A stretch of 64,000 nt of DNA from Candidatus Omnitrophota bacterium. Its GTDB lineage: Bacteria; Omnitrophota; Gorgyraeia; Gygaellales; Profunditerraquicolaceae. The notes beneath the pieces are model-generated. The model searched no databases and was not told the DNA's origin. It worked only from the letters and a program-made list of their open reading frames with translations. Shown here one piece after another: positions 39,064 to 50,321 of the stretch (position 1 is its first letter; each line of letters opens with the position of its first letter). Position numbers and translations under genes: made by a program. The DNA lies in assembly GCA_026416665.1 (NCBI GenBank), contig JAOAET010000015.1:4433-68432 (forward strand), in the 5' to 3' direction.

Positions 39064-39724
39064 ACCGATATTTTCTATTATCGAACAGCTTTAAAAGAAA
39101 AATTCCTCCGAAAAAACCTGCAATATGTGCGAACCAGGCAACTCCCCCCTCTGATACTCCCGCAGCTGTCTCCATAGCAAACTGCATAGACCCATTTATA
39201 ATTTGGAAAAAAATCCAAATAAGTAAAAACCACTTTGCCTCAATTTTCACCAGCCGCCAATAGTAAAAGAAAGGCACAAGCGTCAAGACCTTCGCTCGTG
39301 GATACAAAACTAGATATGCCCCCAACACACCTGAAACAGCTCCACTTGCTCCTATAGTAGGGATTTTAGAAAAAGGTGAAACAATAATATGCCCTATAGC
39401 AGCAGTTAGCCCACAGAGCAAATAAAAAAATATAAAATTTATGTGACCTAGCCGATCCTCAATATTATTGCCGAATATCCAAAGATATAACATATTACCA
39501 ATAATATGCATTAAACTTCCGTGAAAAAACATTGAGGTAACCAGCGAACGCAAATTATTAAAATGCACTACTTCATAAGGAATAAGCCCATAGAGATGTA
39601 TAATCTTTTCTAACTGACCTGCCAAGGACAACTCATAATAGAATACGATGGCATTGGCAACTATTAAACCTAAAGTTACAAAAGGAAAAGTCCTTGTAGG
39701 ATTTTCGTCACGCAGAGGTATCAT
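39056..39724 (-). CDS. Rhomboid-family intramembrane serine protease.
   Basis: A polytopic protein with GASGAVSGVLG (catalytic Ser) and AHIAGFFGG (catalytic His). Confidence 0.8.
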   Translation of the reverse strand: MIPLRDENPTRTFPFVTLGLIVANAIVFYYELSLAGQLEKIIHLYGLIPYEVVHFNNLRSLVTSMFFHGSLMHIIGNMLYLWIFGNNIEDRLGHINFIFFYLLCGLTAAIGHIIVSPFSKIPTIGASGAVSGVLGAYLVLYPRAKVLTLVPFFYYWRLVKIEAKWFLLIWIFFQIINGSMQFAMETAAGVSEGGVAWFAHIAGFFGGIFLLKLFDNRKYRYV

Positions 39725-40467
39725 AATAGCATCACAACTGACATAAATCTGCTGGAGGTTGACCCTTCTTTACGATACGAAAAAAACAAATCTTTTCTGC
39801 AAGAAGTACATAAACGACAGTCAACAATATGTTCATTTTCCACACCAAGTGAAACCAACTGACTAACATTTGCAGCTACTAAATCAAACCATAACTTACC
39901 GTTTTTAATAGATGTCTGCTCTGGAAAAATCTCAAGAAATTCTTCTTTTACTTGGTAACAACAGCACCGTAGCGCTGGGCCTAAAAATACCCTAAGATTT
40001 TTGGGATTGGATTTAAATTCTTGTTGCATTCTCTCAATGGTCAAAGAAGTAATCCTTTGAAGAGTGCTACGCCACCCAGCATGAATAATCCCAATACTTT
40101 TTGTATCTGGGTCATAAAGAGTAATTGGCAAACAATCTGCAGTCAAAACTCCAATAGCAATGCGTCGCTGATTAGTAATCAAGGCATCTGTAGAATCAAT
40201 AGCCGTAGCTTTGTCAAAAGCACCTTTACCCTTATCAGGGGTATCAATTCTTACTATCTGACAACCATGAATCTGGTTAGCACAGACTAATTCTTCTAGC
40301 TCTATACCACATCTTTGTAAAAATTGTCTCCTTGCCTGAATTACCTGCTGTTTATCATTACCTGGAAAAGACATTGAGCCATTGGAACGTAAAGAAAAAA
40401 CGCACAAACAAGAAGAATCCCACGTAAAACAATAATCATTTTTTAGTTCAGCCTCTAACTTTAACAT
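39721..40467 (-). CDS. pgeF: YfiH/PgeF (DUF152) purine nucleoside phosphorylase / polyphenol oxidase-like protein.
   Basis: ITNQRRIAIGVLTADCLPI and GIIHAGWRS motifs. Confidence 0.8.
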   Translation of the reverse strand: MLKLEAELKNDYCFTWDSSCLCVFSLRSNGSMSFPGNDKQQVIQARRQFLQRCGIELEELVCANQIHGCQIVRIDTPDKGKGAFDKATAIDSTDALITNQRRIAIGVLTADCLPITLYDPDTKSIGIIHAGWRSTLQRITSLTIERMQQEFKSNPKNLRVFLGPALRCCCYQVKEEFLEIFPEQTSIKNGKLWFDLVAANVSQLVSLGVENEHIVDCRLCTSCRKDLFFSYRKEGSTSSRFMSVVMLL

Positions 40468-40694
40468 TTGATACCATCTTCTATCTGAATAACCTTATTC
40501 CTGCTGTTTCTACCTTGGACAATTTTTATCTGATAACGTTTAAGATGTAAGTAGTCTGCCAAAACTTCTAGCAGTTGGTTATTTGCTTGGTTGTTTTCTG
40601 CTGGACGGGTTAGATAAATTTTTAAGCTTTTTCCAGCTGATTCAATTCTTACTCTGCTTGACTTTGGAATAACTTTTACAGCCACCAGTTTCAC
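40461..40694 (-). CDS. DUF167 (YggU-family) protein.
   Basis: A 77-aa ORF with KLVAVKVIPKSSRVRIE...IKIVQG. Confidence 0.65.
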   Translation of the reverse strand: MKLVAVKVIPKSSRVRIESAGKSLKIYLTRPAENNQANNQLLEVLADYLHLKRYQIKIVQGRNSRNKVIQIEDGIKC

Positions 40695-40987
40695 TGCTCT
40701 GCACCCTTGTAGGCATCTAAGATACTATAAATTCCAATAACTCCAATAAACAAGATAGATAGAAGAAACAAAGACAAGGATAATAAAAACCAAAGGCTGG
40801 TTAATGCTTGCATAATTAGACAATAGGCAATAAAGACTGCCGATACGACAATAACGATAAGACCAATCACTGAAAAACCAATAATAATTAGCCCTTTAAT
40901 AATATGGCCATTATAGAGTTGGCCTAAACCAGCAAAAATAAATGAAAGAAGCACAGCAATTGCTCGGTGTCTGTTATAATTGTTCAT
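40691..40987 (-). CDS. Small membrane protein (TM2-like).
   Basis: A 98-aa ORF that is almost entirely two hydrophobic helices (AVLLSFIFAGLGQLYNG...). Confidence 0.4.
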   Translation of the reverse strand: MNNYNRHRAIAVLLSFIFAGLGQLYNGHIIKGLIIIGFSVIGLIVIVVSAVFIAYCLIMQALTSLWFLLSLSLFLLSILFIGVIGIYSILDAYKGAEQ

Positions 40988-41930
40988 TTTTAACCGTTGT
41001 GTTTTCTAACTGTTTTGTCTGCTGCATTAACAGTAATCTATCAGAGACTCGTTCAAAACGATGAGAACTTTCCTGAAATTTTGTCCAAGCAGATTGGATG
41101 TGTCTGCCAACGAGGTCAAAGTCTTCTTTAAACTTCTTTAACTCCATAGATAACGTATTTAAGTTCTTAAGAATCTCCTTTGCATTCTCTTCTATTTTAA
41201 GACCCCTTAACCCAAGACAGATAACTTGCAGGTAAGCATAAAAAGTATTTGCAGAAACAGGGATTACATGGTGTTGCAAACTATAAGAAAAAATTTCTTC
41301 TTTAATGATAACTTCATAATAGACATTTTCTGCGGGGATATACATTAGAGCAAAATCATAGGTATTTTCTGCAGGCAAGATATACTTTGAAGAAATCTCC
41401 CCTATTCGGTTTTTAATATCTTGAATAAACTTTTTTCGAAACTGCTGTCTCTGTAGTTCATCAGTAGCCTCGGTAAACTTTAAAAAATTTTCTAAGCTGA
41501 ACTTGGCATCTACTGGAACAAGTCTCTCTCCAATAACAATCACCGCATCGACTACTTCCCCGTTTGAAAAACGATGTTGCAAATGATAGAAATTCTGAGG
41601 CAACACTTGGGCAAGGAGGCGCTCAAGTAGAGTTTCCCCAATTTGACCACGCAGTTTGGGGGCACGTAAAAGCTCTTGTAGTTTTGCGATATCCTGACTT
41701 ATCTGCATAATCTGCCGATTTGATTCTTCTAAAGCCCCTAGTGTTTTCTGAACATTACCAAAGATATTAGTAGCATTACCCATATTTAGTAATATCGAAT
41801 CCGATAGCTTCTGTAAAGATTGATTCATTGCCTCAAGTCGCCCACTAGTTAGAGAAAAAATTTTAAAAATAAGGAAAATAACTGATATACAGAATCCAAT
41901 AAGAATGATTGAAATTGTAAGGACTATCAT
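40974..41930 (-). CDS. rmuC: DNA recombination protein RmuC.
   Basis: An N-terminal TM and coiled coil, then the RmuC-domain pattern VDAKFSLENF...ALMYIPAENVYYE. Confidence 0.8.
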   Translation of the reverse strand: MIVLTISIILIGFCISVIFLIFKIFSLTSGRLEAMNQSLQKLSDSILLNMGNATNIFGNVQKTLGALEESNRQIMQISQDIAKLQELLRAPKLRGQIGETLLERLLAQVLPQNFYHLQHRFSNGEVVDAVIVIGERLVPVDAKFSLENFLKFTEATDELQRQQFRKKFIQDIKNRIGEISSKYILPAENTYDFALMYIPAENVYYEVIIKEEIFSYSLQHHVIPVSANTFYAYLQVICLGLRGLKIEENAKEILKNLNTLSMELKKFKEDFDLVGRHIQSAWTKFQESSHRFERVSDRLLLMQQTKQLENTTVKNEQL

Positions 41931-41977
41931 AACTTATCTTATTCTACACCTGATTTTTTATTATACCACTAAATTAT

Positions 41978-42700
41978 TTAGAGAAGATAATCCTTATTTA
42001 TCCGTTTTAAACTGTTTAAAATATTAGTTTTTACTTCTGGACAAATTCTTTCAAGACTCTGAATAATCCCAGCTACTGTCCTCCGACGAGACAAACTGGC
42101 TTGAGGGCAAACACATTCAAAAACAGGCAGCTTGTTCTCTTTAACAAACCGTTTTATCATTTTTTCTTCAACATATAAAAAAGGTCGGATTATTTTTATC
42201 TTGCCATTAAATAGCTTTTGAACAGGCTTCATTGCAGAAATTTCACCTTGAAAAAAAAGATTTAAAAGAATAGTCTGGGCAATATCATCTTTATGATGCC
42301 CCAAAGCAACAACATTGAAACCCAGTTTATCAGCAGACTGGAAAAGATGTTTTCTCCTGTTCCAAGAACACCAAAAACAATTAATTTTGCCTTTTTCTGT
42401 GTTTTTTAACTCCTGTGCCTTGACTATACGATAATCAACATCTATCTGCTTAAAATATTTTTCAAGTTGATGGGCAACAGATTTAGGATAACCTAAATCA
42501 ATATGTAAAGCAAGCAAATGGTATTTTATAGGGACAAAAGTCTTTCGGTCTAACAAAACCTTAAGCAAAGCCATGCTATCTTTTCCACCAGAAACAGCTA
42601 CAGCAATTCTATCACCGTTGGCAATCATTTTATATTCTGTGATTGCTTTCCCTGTACGCTTAGAAATATAAAATTCTGCCTGATTCATTGTAACGTGCAC
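41978..42700 (-). CDS. ttcA: tRNA 2-thiocytidine synthase TtcA-family PP-loop ATPase.
   Basis: The PP-loop reads AVSGGKDSMALLKVL. The Cys motifs are CFWCSW and ECVCPQ. Confidence 0.7.
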   Translation of the reverse strand: MHVTMNQAEFYISKRTGKAITEYKMIANGDRIAVAVSGGKDSMALLKVLLDRKTFVPIKYHLLALHIDLGYPKSVAHQLEKYFKQIDVDYRIVKAQELKNTEKGKINCFWCSWNRRKHLFQSADKLGFNVVALGHHKDDIAQTILLNLFFQGEISAMKPVQKLFNGKIKIIRPFLYVEEKMIKRFVKENKLPVFECVCPQASLSRRRTVAGIIQSLERICPEVKTNILNSLKRINKDYLL

Positions 42701-42718
42701 TGGCTTATTCGTTTTATC

Positions 42719-43546
42719 TTAAAATAAGCGTGGTAAAAAAAAGATATTAAGAATTGACTGTTGCCAGAAAATAGTAATAACTGCTGCTAAAGACAAGAAA
42801 GGGCCATAAGGAATAAGGTGGTCTTTTCTTACAAGCAAGTTACCTATTGCTACAAAAATGCCCAGAAATGGCGCTATAAAAAATGTCAATAATGCCGCCT
42901 TCCACCCTAAAAAAGCACCAATCATAGCAAGAAGCTTTATATCACCTCCGCCCATAGACTCTGTCTCTCCTTGAATAGGAGGGCGTTTTAGTATCTTAAA
43001 ATAAACAAGGTCAAAAATCCATCCAACACTAAATAATATCCCTCCACCTACTAAAATACCCAAAAGTGACATAAATCCGGGGTAGAAACTAAAATGTAGT
43101 GGATTGATAGAAATTCCTCTTAAGATATTAACCACTAATGCAAAAAGCATCCCCCCTATGGATACCTCATCTGGGATTATACGGTGAGCCAAATCAACAA
43201 AAGTAGCAACTATCAAACAACAGATAAGAATTAAATAATATACCAAATTAAAACTAAAACCAAAGTGCTGGTAAAATAAAACGAAACTTATTGCGGTAAT
43301 AGATTCTACCAGAACATAACGGAATGATATCTTTACCTTACAATAGCGACAACGACCCCAAAGGAAAAAATAACTTAAAATAGGTATATTATCATACCAA
43401 ACAATAGATTTTTGGCATTGAGGGCAATGAGAAGCAGGGGAAATTATTGATTCCTGTCGAGGCAAACGATAAATACAGACATTAAGAAAACTGCCCACCA
43501 CTGCCCCTATGATAAAAATAAATACTTTCTCAAAATATTCTAACAT
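42719..43546 (-). CDS. pilD: Prepilin leader peptidase / N-methyltransferase (A24 family).
   Basis: An N-terminal zinc motif CPQCQ...CRYC and a polytopic A24 peptidase body containing GGGDIKLLA. Confidence 0.85.
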   Translation of the reverse strand: MLEYFEKVFIFIIGAVVGSFLNVCIYRLPRQESIISPASHCPQCQKSIVWYDNIPILSYFFLWGRCRYCKVKISFRYVLVESITAISFVLFYQHFGFSFNLVYYLILICCLIVATFVDLAHRIIPDEVSIGGMLFALVVNILRGISINPLHFSFYPGFMSLLGILVGGGILFSVGWIFDLVYFKILKRPPIQGETESMGGGDIKLLAMIGAFLGWKAALLTFFIAPFLGIFVAIGNLLVRKDHLIPYGPFLSLAAVITIFWQQSILNIFFLPRLF

Positions 43547-43705
43547 GGTTTTCTTTTGTTTTTTGAAATTGTATCACGCTTTATTGATATACTCAAGAAG
43601 ATTTGTTATGAGTATTGTATTCACAAATCCTTTTCTTCTTATGACGGAGAAATGATCGTGTCAAGTTTTGGTTTTTAAAGAAAAATCAGAAAGTATATAA
43701 ATTAA

Positions 43706-43730
43706 AACCGGGAAAATTACTTTCCCGGTC
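43706..43730 (-). terminator. Putative rho-independent terminator downstream of the 43770..44552 gene.
   Basis: ccggga-aaattactt-tcccgg hairpin. The minus strand reads the stem followed by ttttaattt. Confidence 0.55.
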
Positions 43731-43769
43731 TATAATAACAAAATCTATCTTTAAGATACTTTAAGCTGA

Positions 43770-44552
43770 TTAAGCCTCAGGTTGCTCTCCAGGAATCATT
43801 TTTACCACTATCTGTGCTTCTTCTTTTGCTGAAATTACCTTCATCGAGGTATCATTAAACCAGCGTAATTCTAAGGTAAGCGTTTCTGGGAATCTTCCAC
43901 CAAAATCTGCTGGGACAAGCAATACACTTCCACTTATAGTGGGATCAAGCACCCGAGGCGGTGCAGGTGGCTGCTTTTCAAAACTAATCTCACCAAAATC
44001 AGGCATAGTTAAAGCACCGTATTCTCCTTTAGGTTTTCCATCAACAAATAGACGAGCGTAAACTTGCCCACCTTTTATCTTTTGTTGCGACTGCCCACAC
44101 CAAGAAGAACAAAACTTAGTAATATCAAGAGGTTGCTGTTCTTTAGCTGCCTCAACTCTGAGTGTCCAGAAGATAAGTATCTTTGTATCTATTCTGCTAC
44201 GTTCAGGAATATTTAATACCATTTTGTCGAAACCGTTAAATTTTACATATCCTCTTTCTTGCTCAGGATCAAACATAAAGCCATCTTTAGTTTTAAAACT
44301 TACTGTTTCCTTTAGACCTTCAGCACAGGAAGCAGCGCCAGAACATTTTTTCGCAGTTTCTAAAGTAACAATTTCATGATAATAGTGTCCTTCGAGTGTA
44401 TCTGCCTTATTACTGATAAATTGTTCTAAAACAGGAATTGAAGTAGCCGGCATATTAGTTTTATTTTCTTCATCGGTAGCAAAGACATTTATACACAAAA
44501 TAAAAAAGCAGATACTAACTTTAAACCATGTCTTATTATACATCTTGGACAT
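43770..44552 (-). CDS. Hypothetical secreted protein.
   Basis: A 260-aa ORF with an N-terminal signal peptide (WFKVSICFFILCINVFA) and no motif I recognise. Confidence 0.45.
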   Translation of the reverse strand: MSKMYNKTWFKVSICFFILCINVFATDEENKTNMPATSIPVLEQFISNKADTLEGHYYHEIVTLETAKKCSGAASCAEGLKETVSFKTKDGFMFDPEQERGYVKFNGFDKMVLNIPERSRIDTKILIFWTLRVEAAKEQQPLDITKFCSSWCGQSQQKIKGGQVYARLFVDGKPKGEYGALTMPDFGEISFEKQPPAPPRVLDPTISGSVLLVPADFGGRFPETLTLELRWFNDTSMKVISAKEEAQIVVKMIPGEQPEA

Positions 44553-44629
44553 TAGACCCTCCTTATCTATTAAACTCTACGAATTTTCCCTAATATAAGT
44601 ATGGCATACAAAATTAGAAAATGCCAAAA

Positions 44630-45475
44630 TTATAATTTTTTCTTTTGATTAGCTTCGTAAAACGCCTTTTCCATAACATCCTGCGGTGGTCTCTTGCCTG
44701 TCCAAAGCTCAAAAGAACGCATACCTTGATAAATAAGCATACCTGCTCCGTTTAGAGTCTGTGCGCCCTTCTGTTGTGCTAAATAAAGCAATTTTGTTAA
44801 AGGGGGATTATAAATTAAGTCATACACGAAGAGTCGTTTACTTAAGTATTCTTCTGGCACAGGCAAGGGGTCATTCTCTTTAAGCCCCAATGGTGTAGCA
44901 TTAATAAGGATATCGCTTTCAGGTATGTTAAGCTCCTTTAAGCTTGAAGCTACAAAAATGTCTATTCTCGGAAAAAGCTGTTGTATCATCTCTGATATTG
45001 CCTTAGCCTTTTTTTGTTCTATATCAAATACCCTAATCTGAGCAACTGACTCTTCTGCCAATACATAACTTACTGCCCTGGCTGCCCCACCTGCTCCAAT
45101 TATTGTTACATATTTACCTTTTAAACTAATATGTTCTTTTATATGCCTTTTAAAACCATCTATATCTGTATTATATCCATACCATCGCCCATTTCGCTTA
45201 ACCATAGTGTTGATTGCTCCTACTATTTTAAGAAAAGCCGAATCCTTATCTAATGTTACATAAGAAAGTGCCTTTTCTTTATAAGGGATGGTTACATTTA
45301 AACCACTTATACCTTGTTGGTCAAGACTATTTAAAAAAGAATCGACTTCTTCGGGTTTGAGTGGAAATAACCGGTATTCTGCTTGTATTCCTAAAGCTAA
45401 AAAAGCAGCATTGTGAATAGCTGGGGATAAACTATGTCCTAATGGCCAACCAATCAGTCCGTAAAGAACTTTCAT
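44630..45475 (-). CDS. aroE: Shikimate dehydrogenase.
   Basis: MKVLYGLIGWPLGHSLSP and an NADP-binding motif GAGGAARA. Confidence 0.85.
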   Translation of the reverse strand: MKVLYGLIGWPLGHSLSPAIHNAAFLALGIQAEYRLFPLKPEEVDSFLNSLDQQGISGLNVTIPYKEKALSYVTLDKDSAFLKIVGAINTMVKRNGRWYGYNTDIDGFKRHIKEHISLKGKYVTIIGAGGAARAVSYVLAEESVAQIRVFDIEQKKAKAISEMIQQLFPRIDIFVASSLKELNIPESDILINATPLGLKENDPLPVPEEYLSKRLFVYDLIYNPPLTKLLYLAQQKGAQTLNGAGMLIYQGMRSFELWTGKRPPQDVMEKAFYEANQKKKL

Positions 45476-45539
45476 TTAATAAGATATAAAATTTAAGATA
45501 ATCTAAAGAGAAAGTAGTTTTTCTCTAAAGGATTTTTAA

Positions 45540-47063
45540 TTAAAGAGATTCTATTTTGTTAAGTGCTGAAATATAAGCCCTAACCGAAGATTCAATAATG
45601 TCTGTAGAAGAGGCGTGGCTGGTTACTACCTTACCTTTTGCCTTTAATTTTAAACTTACTTCACCAAGAGCATCTTTGCCACGTGTAACTGCTTCTATGC
45701 GAAAATCCTGCAATTCTGCTCTTATTTTCGTAATTTTATCAATTGCCTTAAAACAGGCGTCAATTGGACCATCGCCAACAGAGTTTCCACAACTGACTTT
45801 TCCTTTATACTTCAAACAGACCTCAGCATGTGGCTTTATATCTGTGCCAGAATTTACCTTGAAACTATCTAAAATCCAGATGGCTTTCACTGGCTTTGTT
45901 TCGTCCTCTACTAATGCAATCAAGTCATCATCGTAAAGCGTCTTCTTCTTATCTGCTAACTCTTTAAAACGTTGATTAACCTTATCAAGCTGTTCCGCAG
46001 TCAAATTACCATATCCTAATTCAGCAAGCCGTTGACTTAGGGCGTGCCTACCGGAGTGTTTGCCTAGAACAATACCACTGCCTACAAAACCCACCATCTC
46101 AGGACGAATTATTTCATAGGTAGAACGTTCTTTAAGTATACCATCCTGATGAATCCCTGATTCATGACGAAAGGCATTTGCTCCTACAATAGCTTTGTTG
46201 GGTGCAATAACAAAACCTGTAAGTTTTGAAACAAGACGAGATACTTTCCAAATATGATTTGTTTTAATAGCAGTATCTACTTCCGCGAAGATATCTCTGC
46301 GTGTCTTTACTGCCATAACCAACTCTTCCATTGAACAATTACCAGCCCGTTCACCGATTCCGTTAATAGTGCATTCTACCTGCCGTGCACCATTTTTGAT
46401 TCCTGCTAATGAATTGGCTACCGCAAGTCCCAAATCATTATGACAGTGAAGGGATATAACTGCTTTATCAATGTTGGGAACATTTTCTTTTATTGACTTA
46501 ATCAGCTCCCCATATTCCTGTGGATAAGCGTAACCTACAGTGTCAGGTATATTCACAGTAGTTGCACCTGCATCAATGACCGCTTCTATCACTTTGAAAA
46601 GAAATTTGGGTTCTGTGCGAGAGGCATCTTCAGGTGAAAACTCTATGTCTTCACAAAGTTTTTTGGCGTATTTTGTCCATTCATAAGCAAGACGCAATAT
46701 CTCATCCTCTGCCTTCTTTAATTTATACTGCATATGAATTTTAGAGGTGGCTAAAAACACATGAATACGTCTACGTTTTGCTGGACGAGTTGCCTCATAA
46801 GCTGCATCTATATCTTGTTTAACCGCTCTGGCAAGCCCACAGATAATTGACCCTTTTACAGTTTTAGCAATCTCTTTTACCGCTGCAAAATCGCCTGGTG
46901 AAGAAACAGGAAAACCTGCTTCAATAACATCTACGCCCATATCCGCTAACTCGTGGGCAATCTCTAATTTCTCTTTGGTATTTAAAGATGCACCTGGGGC
47001 TTGTTCTCCATCACGAAGTGTTGTATCAAAAATGATAATTTTTTCCATTACTTTACCATCCAA
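45540..47063 (-). CDS. leuA: 2-isopropylmalate synthase / (R)-citramalate synthase family (LeuA/CimA) with a C-terminal regulatory domain.
   Basis: [18 protein letters not shown] and [15 protein letters not shown] motifs. The 507-aa length includes the LeuA dimerisation and regulatory domain. The gene lies directly downstream of ilvC. Confidence 0.8.
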   Translation of the reverse strand: MDGKVMEKIIIFDTTLRDGEQAPGASLNTKEKLEIAHELADMGVDVIEAGFPVSSPGDFAAVKEIAKTVKGSIICGLARAVKQDIDAAYEATRPAKRRRIHVFLATSKIHMQYKLKKAEDEILRLAYEWTKYAKKLCEDIEFSPEDASRTEPKFLFKVIEAVIDAGATTVNIPDTVGYAYPQEYGELIKSIKENVPNIDKAVISLHCHNDLGLAVANSLAGIKNGARQVECTINGIGERAGNCSMEELVMAVKTRRDIFAEVDTAIKTNHIWKVSRLVSKLTGFVIAPNKAIVGANAFRHESGIHQDGILKERSTYEIIRPEMVGFVGSGIVLGKHSGRHALSQRLAELGYGNLTAEQLDKVNQRFKELADKKKTLYDDDLIALVEDETKPVKAIWILDSFKVNSGTDIKPHAEVCLKYKGKVSCGNSVGDGPIDACFKAIDKITKIRAELQDFRIEAVTRGKDALGEVSLKLKAKGKVVTSHASSTDIIESSVRAYISALNKIESL

Positions 47064-48040
47064 GGCATCATCTGTCGTAATTGTTTTCCTACTTGCTCAA
47101 TTAGATGATTGTCTGCCTCTGCCAGCAGTCTATTAAAATTGGGTCTTCCTGCCTCATTTTCTTTTATCCACTCACGAGCAAACTTTCCTGAACGAATTTC
47201 TTTAAGTATTTTTTTCATCTCTTTACGCGTTCGCTGGGTAATAATCCGTGGACCACGGGTAAGGTCTCCATAACAAGCAGTATTAGAAACACTGCGTCGC
47301 ATTCCAGATATTCCTTTTTCCTGAATTAAGTCAGTAATCAGTTTTAATTCATGTAAAACTTCAAAGTAAGCAATTTCTGGTTGATAGCCGGCCTCTACTA
47401 AGGTATCAAAACCTGCTTTGATAAGCTCACTTACTCCACCGCAAAGCACTGCCTGTTCACCAAAAAGGTCAGTCTCAGTCTCTTCAGCAAAGGTGGTCTG
47501 AATAACACCTGCTTTTGTTGCCTTCAATGCCTTGGCATACGCAAGTGCAAGTTGAAGTGCTTCGCCGGTTGCATCCTGAAAAACTGCTACTAAACAGGGA
47601 ACACCTTTATCCTCTTCATACATCTTACGCACTAAAGCACCTGGACCTTTAGGTGCAACCATAAACACATCCACATTTCTCGGCGGTTTTATCTGTTTGT
47701 AACGGATATTAAAACCATGAGAGAAACAGAGTGCCTTTCCTTTTCTAAGATTGGGCTTAATTGCCTCCTGATAAACCTTTGCTTGCACATGGTCTTGGGT
47801 TAGTATTTGAATAATGTCAGCTGTCTGTGCTGCCTCAGAAGCGCTCAGTGGCACAAAACCATCCTGTTTTGCCTTCTCAAAATTAGGAGAATTTTCAATT
47901 TCAGAAACAACAACGTGCACTCCTGAATCACGTAAACATAATGACTGCCCCCGTCCCTGAATACCATAACCAATAATTGCTACGGTTTTATCTTTTAATA
48001 AATCAAGATTTGCATCTTTATCGTAATAAATTTTTGCCAT
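47048..48040 (-). CDS. ilvC: Ketol-acid reductoisomerase.
   Basis: [20 protein letters not shown] is a Rossmann-fold motif, and at 330 aa this is a class I KARI. Confidence 0.9.
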   Translation of the reverse strand: MAKIYYDKDANLDLLKDKTVAIIGYGIQGRGQSLCLRDSGVHVVVSEIENSPNFEKAKQDGFVPLSASEAAQTADIIQILTQDHVQAKVYQEAIKPNLRKGKALCFSHGFNIRYKQIKPPRNVDVFMVAPKGPGALVRKMYEEDKGVPCLVAVFQDATGEALQLALAYAKALKATKAGVIQTTFAEETETDLFGEQAVLCGGVSELIKAGFDTLVEAGYQPEIAYFEVLHELKLITDLIQEKGISGMRRSVSNTACYGDLTRGPRIITQRTRKEMKKILKEIRSGKFAREWIKENEAGRPNFNRLLAEADNHLIEQVGKQLRQMMPWMVK

Positions 48041-48086
48041 TTTACCTCCTTTTTCAGTGGTCTTGCGTAAGCTATATCTATTGTTT

Positions 48087-48560
48087 TTAGTATGCTATTG
48101 CTAGACGGCCTGTTCTAACCAATTCTTTTATACCAAAAGTACTTAAAGCCTCAAGCAACTTCTTTATTTGTTCTTGATCTCCAACTGCTTCAATAATGGC
48201 TATATCGTTTTTACATTGAATAATCTTACCAACAAACCGCTCAAGGGTTCGTTCTAACTTTGGTTTATCTCTCGTAGAGCAAACAACCTTAGCAATAATC
48301 ATCTCACGATCAATGTGTTCTTTCTTTGTGAAATCCGTTACTGTAATAACATCAATTAGCTTATTCAACTGTTTCTTTATCTGTTCTAAAACTGCCTCGT
48401 CCTTTGCTTCAACAACAATTGTCATATAGGAAATAGTTGGGTCTAGCGTCTCGCTAACTGCTAATGAAGCAATATTATAACCTCTTGCCGAGAAAAGACC
48501 AGCAATACGCGCAAGTACACCAAACTTGTTTTCTACTACTAAAGATAATGTGTGTCGCAT
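48087..48560 (-). CDS. ilvN: Acetolactate synthase small (regulatory) subunit.
   Basis: An ACT-domain N-terminus: [30 protein letters not shown]. Confidence 0.85.
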   Translation of the reverse strand: MRHTLSLVVENKFGVLARIAGLFSARGYNIASLAVSETLDPTISYMTIVVEAKDEAVLEQIKKQLNKLIDVITVTDFTKKEHIDREMIIAKVVCSTRDKPKLERTLERFVGKIIQCKNDIAIIEAVGDQEQIKKLLEALSTFGIKELVRTGRLAIAY

Positions 48561-48600
48561 CTTTGTAAAATAACTACTGATAATTTTCTTCCTATAAAAT

Positions 48601-50265
48601 TTAAGCTAACCCTTCAATCATACGATTGAGCGCCTCTCCTGCAGGAACCATTGGGAAAACATTCTCCTCAGATTCAATATGAAAATCTATGAACACAACA
48701 GTATCTGCTTTGATTGCCTGCTCAATTGCTGGACGAACTTCCTCTTTAGCAGTTACGCGTATGCCCATACCTCCATAACTCTCTACAAGGCGCACAAAAT
48801 CAGGGTTATACAAACAAGTATAAGAGTAACGACGTTTATAAAACAACTCCTGCCACTGACGAACCATCCCCAAATAGCCGTTATTTAAAATAAGCACTTT
48901 CACCGGTATCTTATTGCAGACACAGGTAGCAATTTCTTGTATGTTCATCTGGATTGAACCATCTCCAGCAATATCAAAAACAAGTTTATCGGGTCTTCCT
49001 ACTTTTGCACCAATAGCTGCCGGAAAACCAAATCCCATTGTTCCCAAACCACCTGAAGAAATAAAGGTGCGAGGCTGAGTATAACGAAACCACTGAGCAG
49101 CCCACATCTGATTCTGTCCTACCTCTGTAGTAATAATTGCATCTCCACCGGTTATTTCATAAAGTTGCTCTATTATATATTGAGGGCTTAGTTTATTCTT
49201 CCACTGGTATTTTAATGGATATTTTTTCTTTAGATACTCTATATGCTTCAACCAATCCTTTGTGTCTGGCTTTTTATCTACTCCTTCTAACAGCTGCCCC
49301 AAAACATTTTTCACATCGCCTACAATGGGAACATCTACCTTTACATTTTTACTAATGGAAGAAGGGTCTATGTCTATATGTATCTTTTTTGCATTTGGGG
49401 CAAAGGCATCTACCTTCCCAGTTACACGATCATCAAAACGCGCTCCTATGGCAATAATCAAGTCTGACTCCATAATCGCATGATTAGCGTAAGCTGTCCC
49501 ATGCATTCCAAGCATTCCCAAAAACAACTCATCTGTCCCAGGAAAACACCCCAAACCCATTAAGGTAACTGTTACAGGTATCTGTAATTGTCTGGCAAAA
49601 TCTGTTAACAGAAAACTTGCACCTGCAGAAATTACCCCACCACCTGCATATATTATTGGGCGTTTTGCACTTTCAATAAGCTTCAATGCTTTTTTAATCT
49701 GCCCTGGATGGCCATAAAGCGTGGGATGATAACCTCGTAATTCAACTTTTTCGGGCCAAATAAACTCTGCTTCCTTCTTCTGCACATCTGAAGGAAGATC
49801 AATCAATACTGGCCCTGGTCTTCCACTTGAAGCAATATAAAAAGCCTCCCTAACAATACGTGCTAAATCTCGTGTATCTTTTACCAGATAATTGTGTTTT
49901 GTAATGGGACGGGTAATACCAGTTACATCTGCCTCCTGAAAGGCATCATTTCCAATAAGCGTAGTAGGCACTTGACCAGTAATTGCCACCAGCGGACTTG
50001 AGTCCATAAAGGCATTGGCAATACCTGTTACCAAATTCGTTGCTCCTGGGCCAGAAGTGGCAATACAGACACCTACTTTACCCGTTGCACGCGCATAACC
50101 TTCAGCAGCATGCGCAGCTGCCTGTTCATGTCTGGTCAGTATAAAGCGGATGGAACAGTCATAAAGTTTATCAAAAGTAGGAAGAATTTGTCCGCCCGGA
50201 TAACCGAACATTACCTCTACCCCTTCACGTTTTAAACATTCTATTAGTATTTCTGCTCCAGTCAT
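48601..50265 (-). CDS. ilvB: Acetolactate synthase large subunit.
   Basis: MTGAEILIECLKREGVEVMFGYPGG, and a TPP motif GDGSIQMNIQE. Confidence 0.9.
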   Translation of the reverse strand: MTGAEILIECLKREGVEVMFGYPGGQILPTFDKLYDCSIRFILTRHEQAAAHAAEGYARATGKVGVCIATSGPGATNLVTGIANAFMDSSPLVAITGQVPTTLIGNDAFQEADVTGITRPITKHNYLVKDTRDLARIVREAFYIASSGRPGPVLIDLPSDVQKKEAEFIWPEKVELRGYHPTLYGHPGQIKKALKLIESAKRPIIYAGGGVISAGASFLLTDFARQLQIPVTVTLMGLGCFPGTDELFLGMLGMHGTAYANHAIMESDLIIAIGARFDDRVTGKVDAFAPNAKKIHIDIDPSSISKNVKVDVPIVGDVKNVLGQLLEGVDKKPDTKDWLKHIEYLKKKYPLKYQWKNKLSPQYIIEQLYEITGGDAIITTEVGQNQMWAAQWFRYTQPRTFISSGGLGTMGFGFPAAIGAKVGRPDKLVFDIAGDGSIQMNIQEIATCVCNKIPVKVLILNNGYLGMVRQWQELFYKRRYSYTCLYNPDFVRLVESYGGMGIRVTAKEEVRPAIEQAIKADTVVFIDFHIESEENVFPMVPAGEALNRMIEGLA

Positions 50266-50321
50266 AATTATTTGATTGTTTAAATTACTTTACATTCCTC
50301 AAAATCAATCAGATTAACAAA

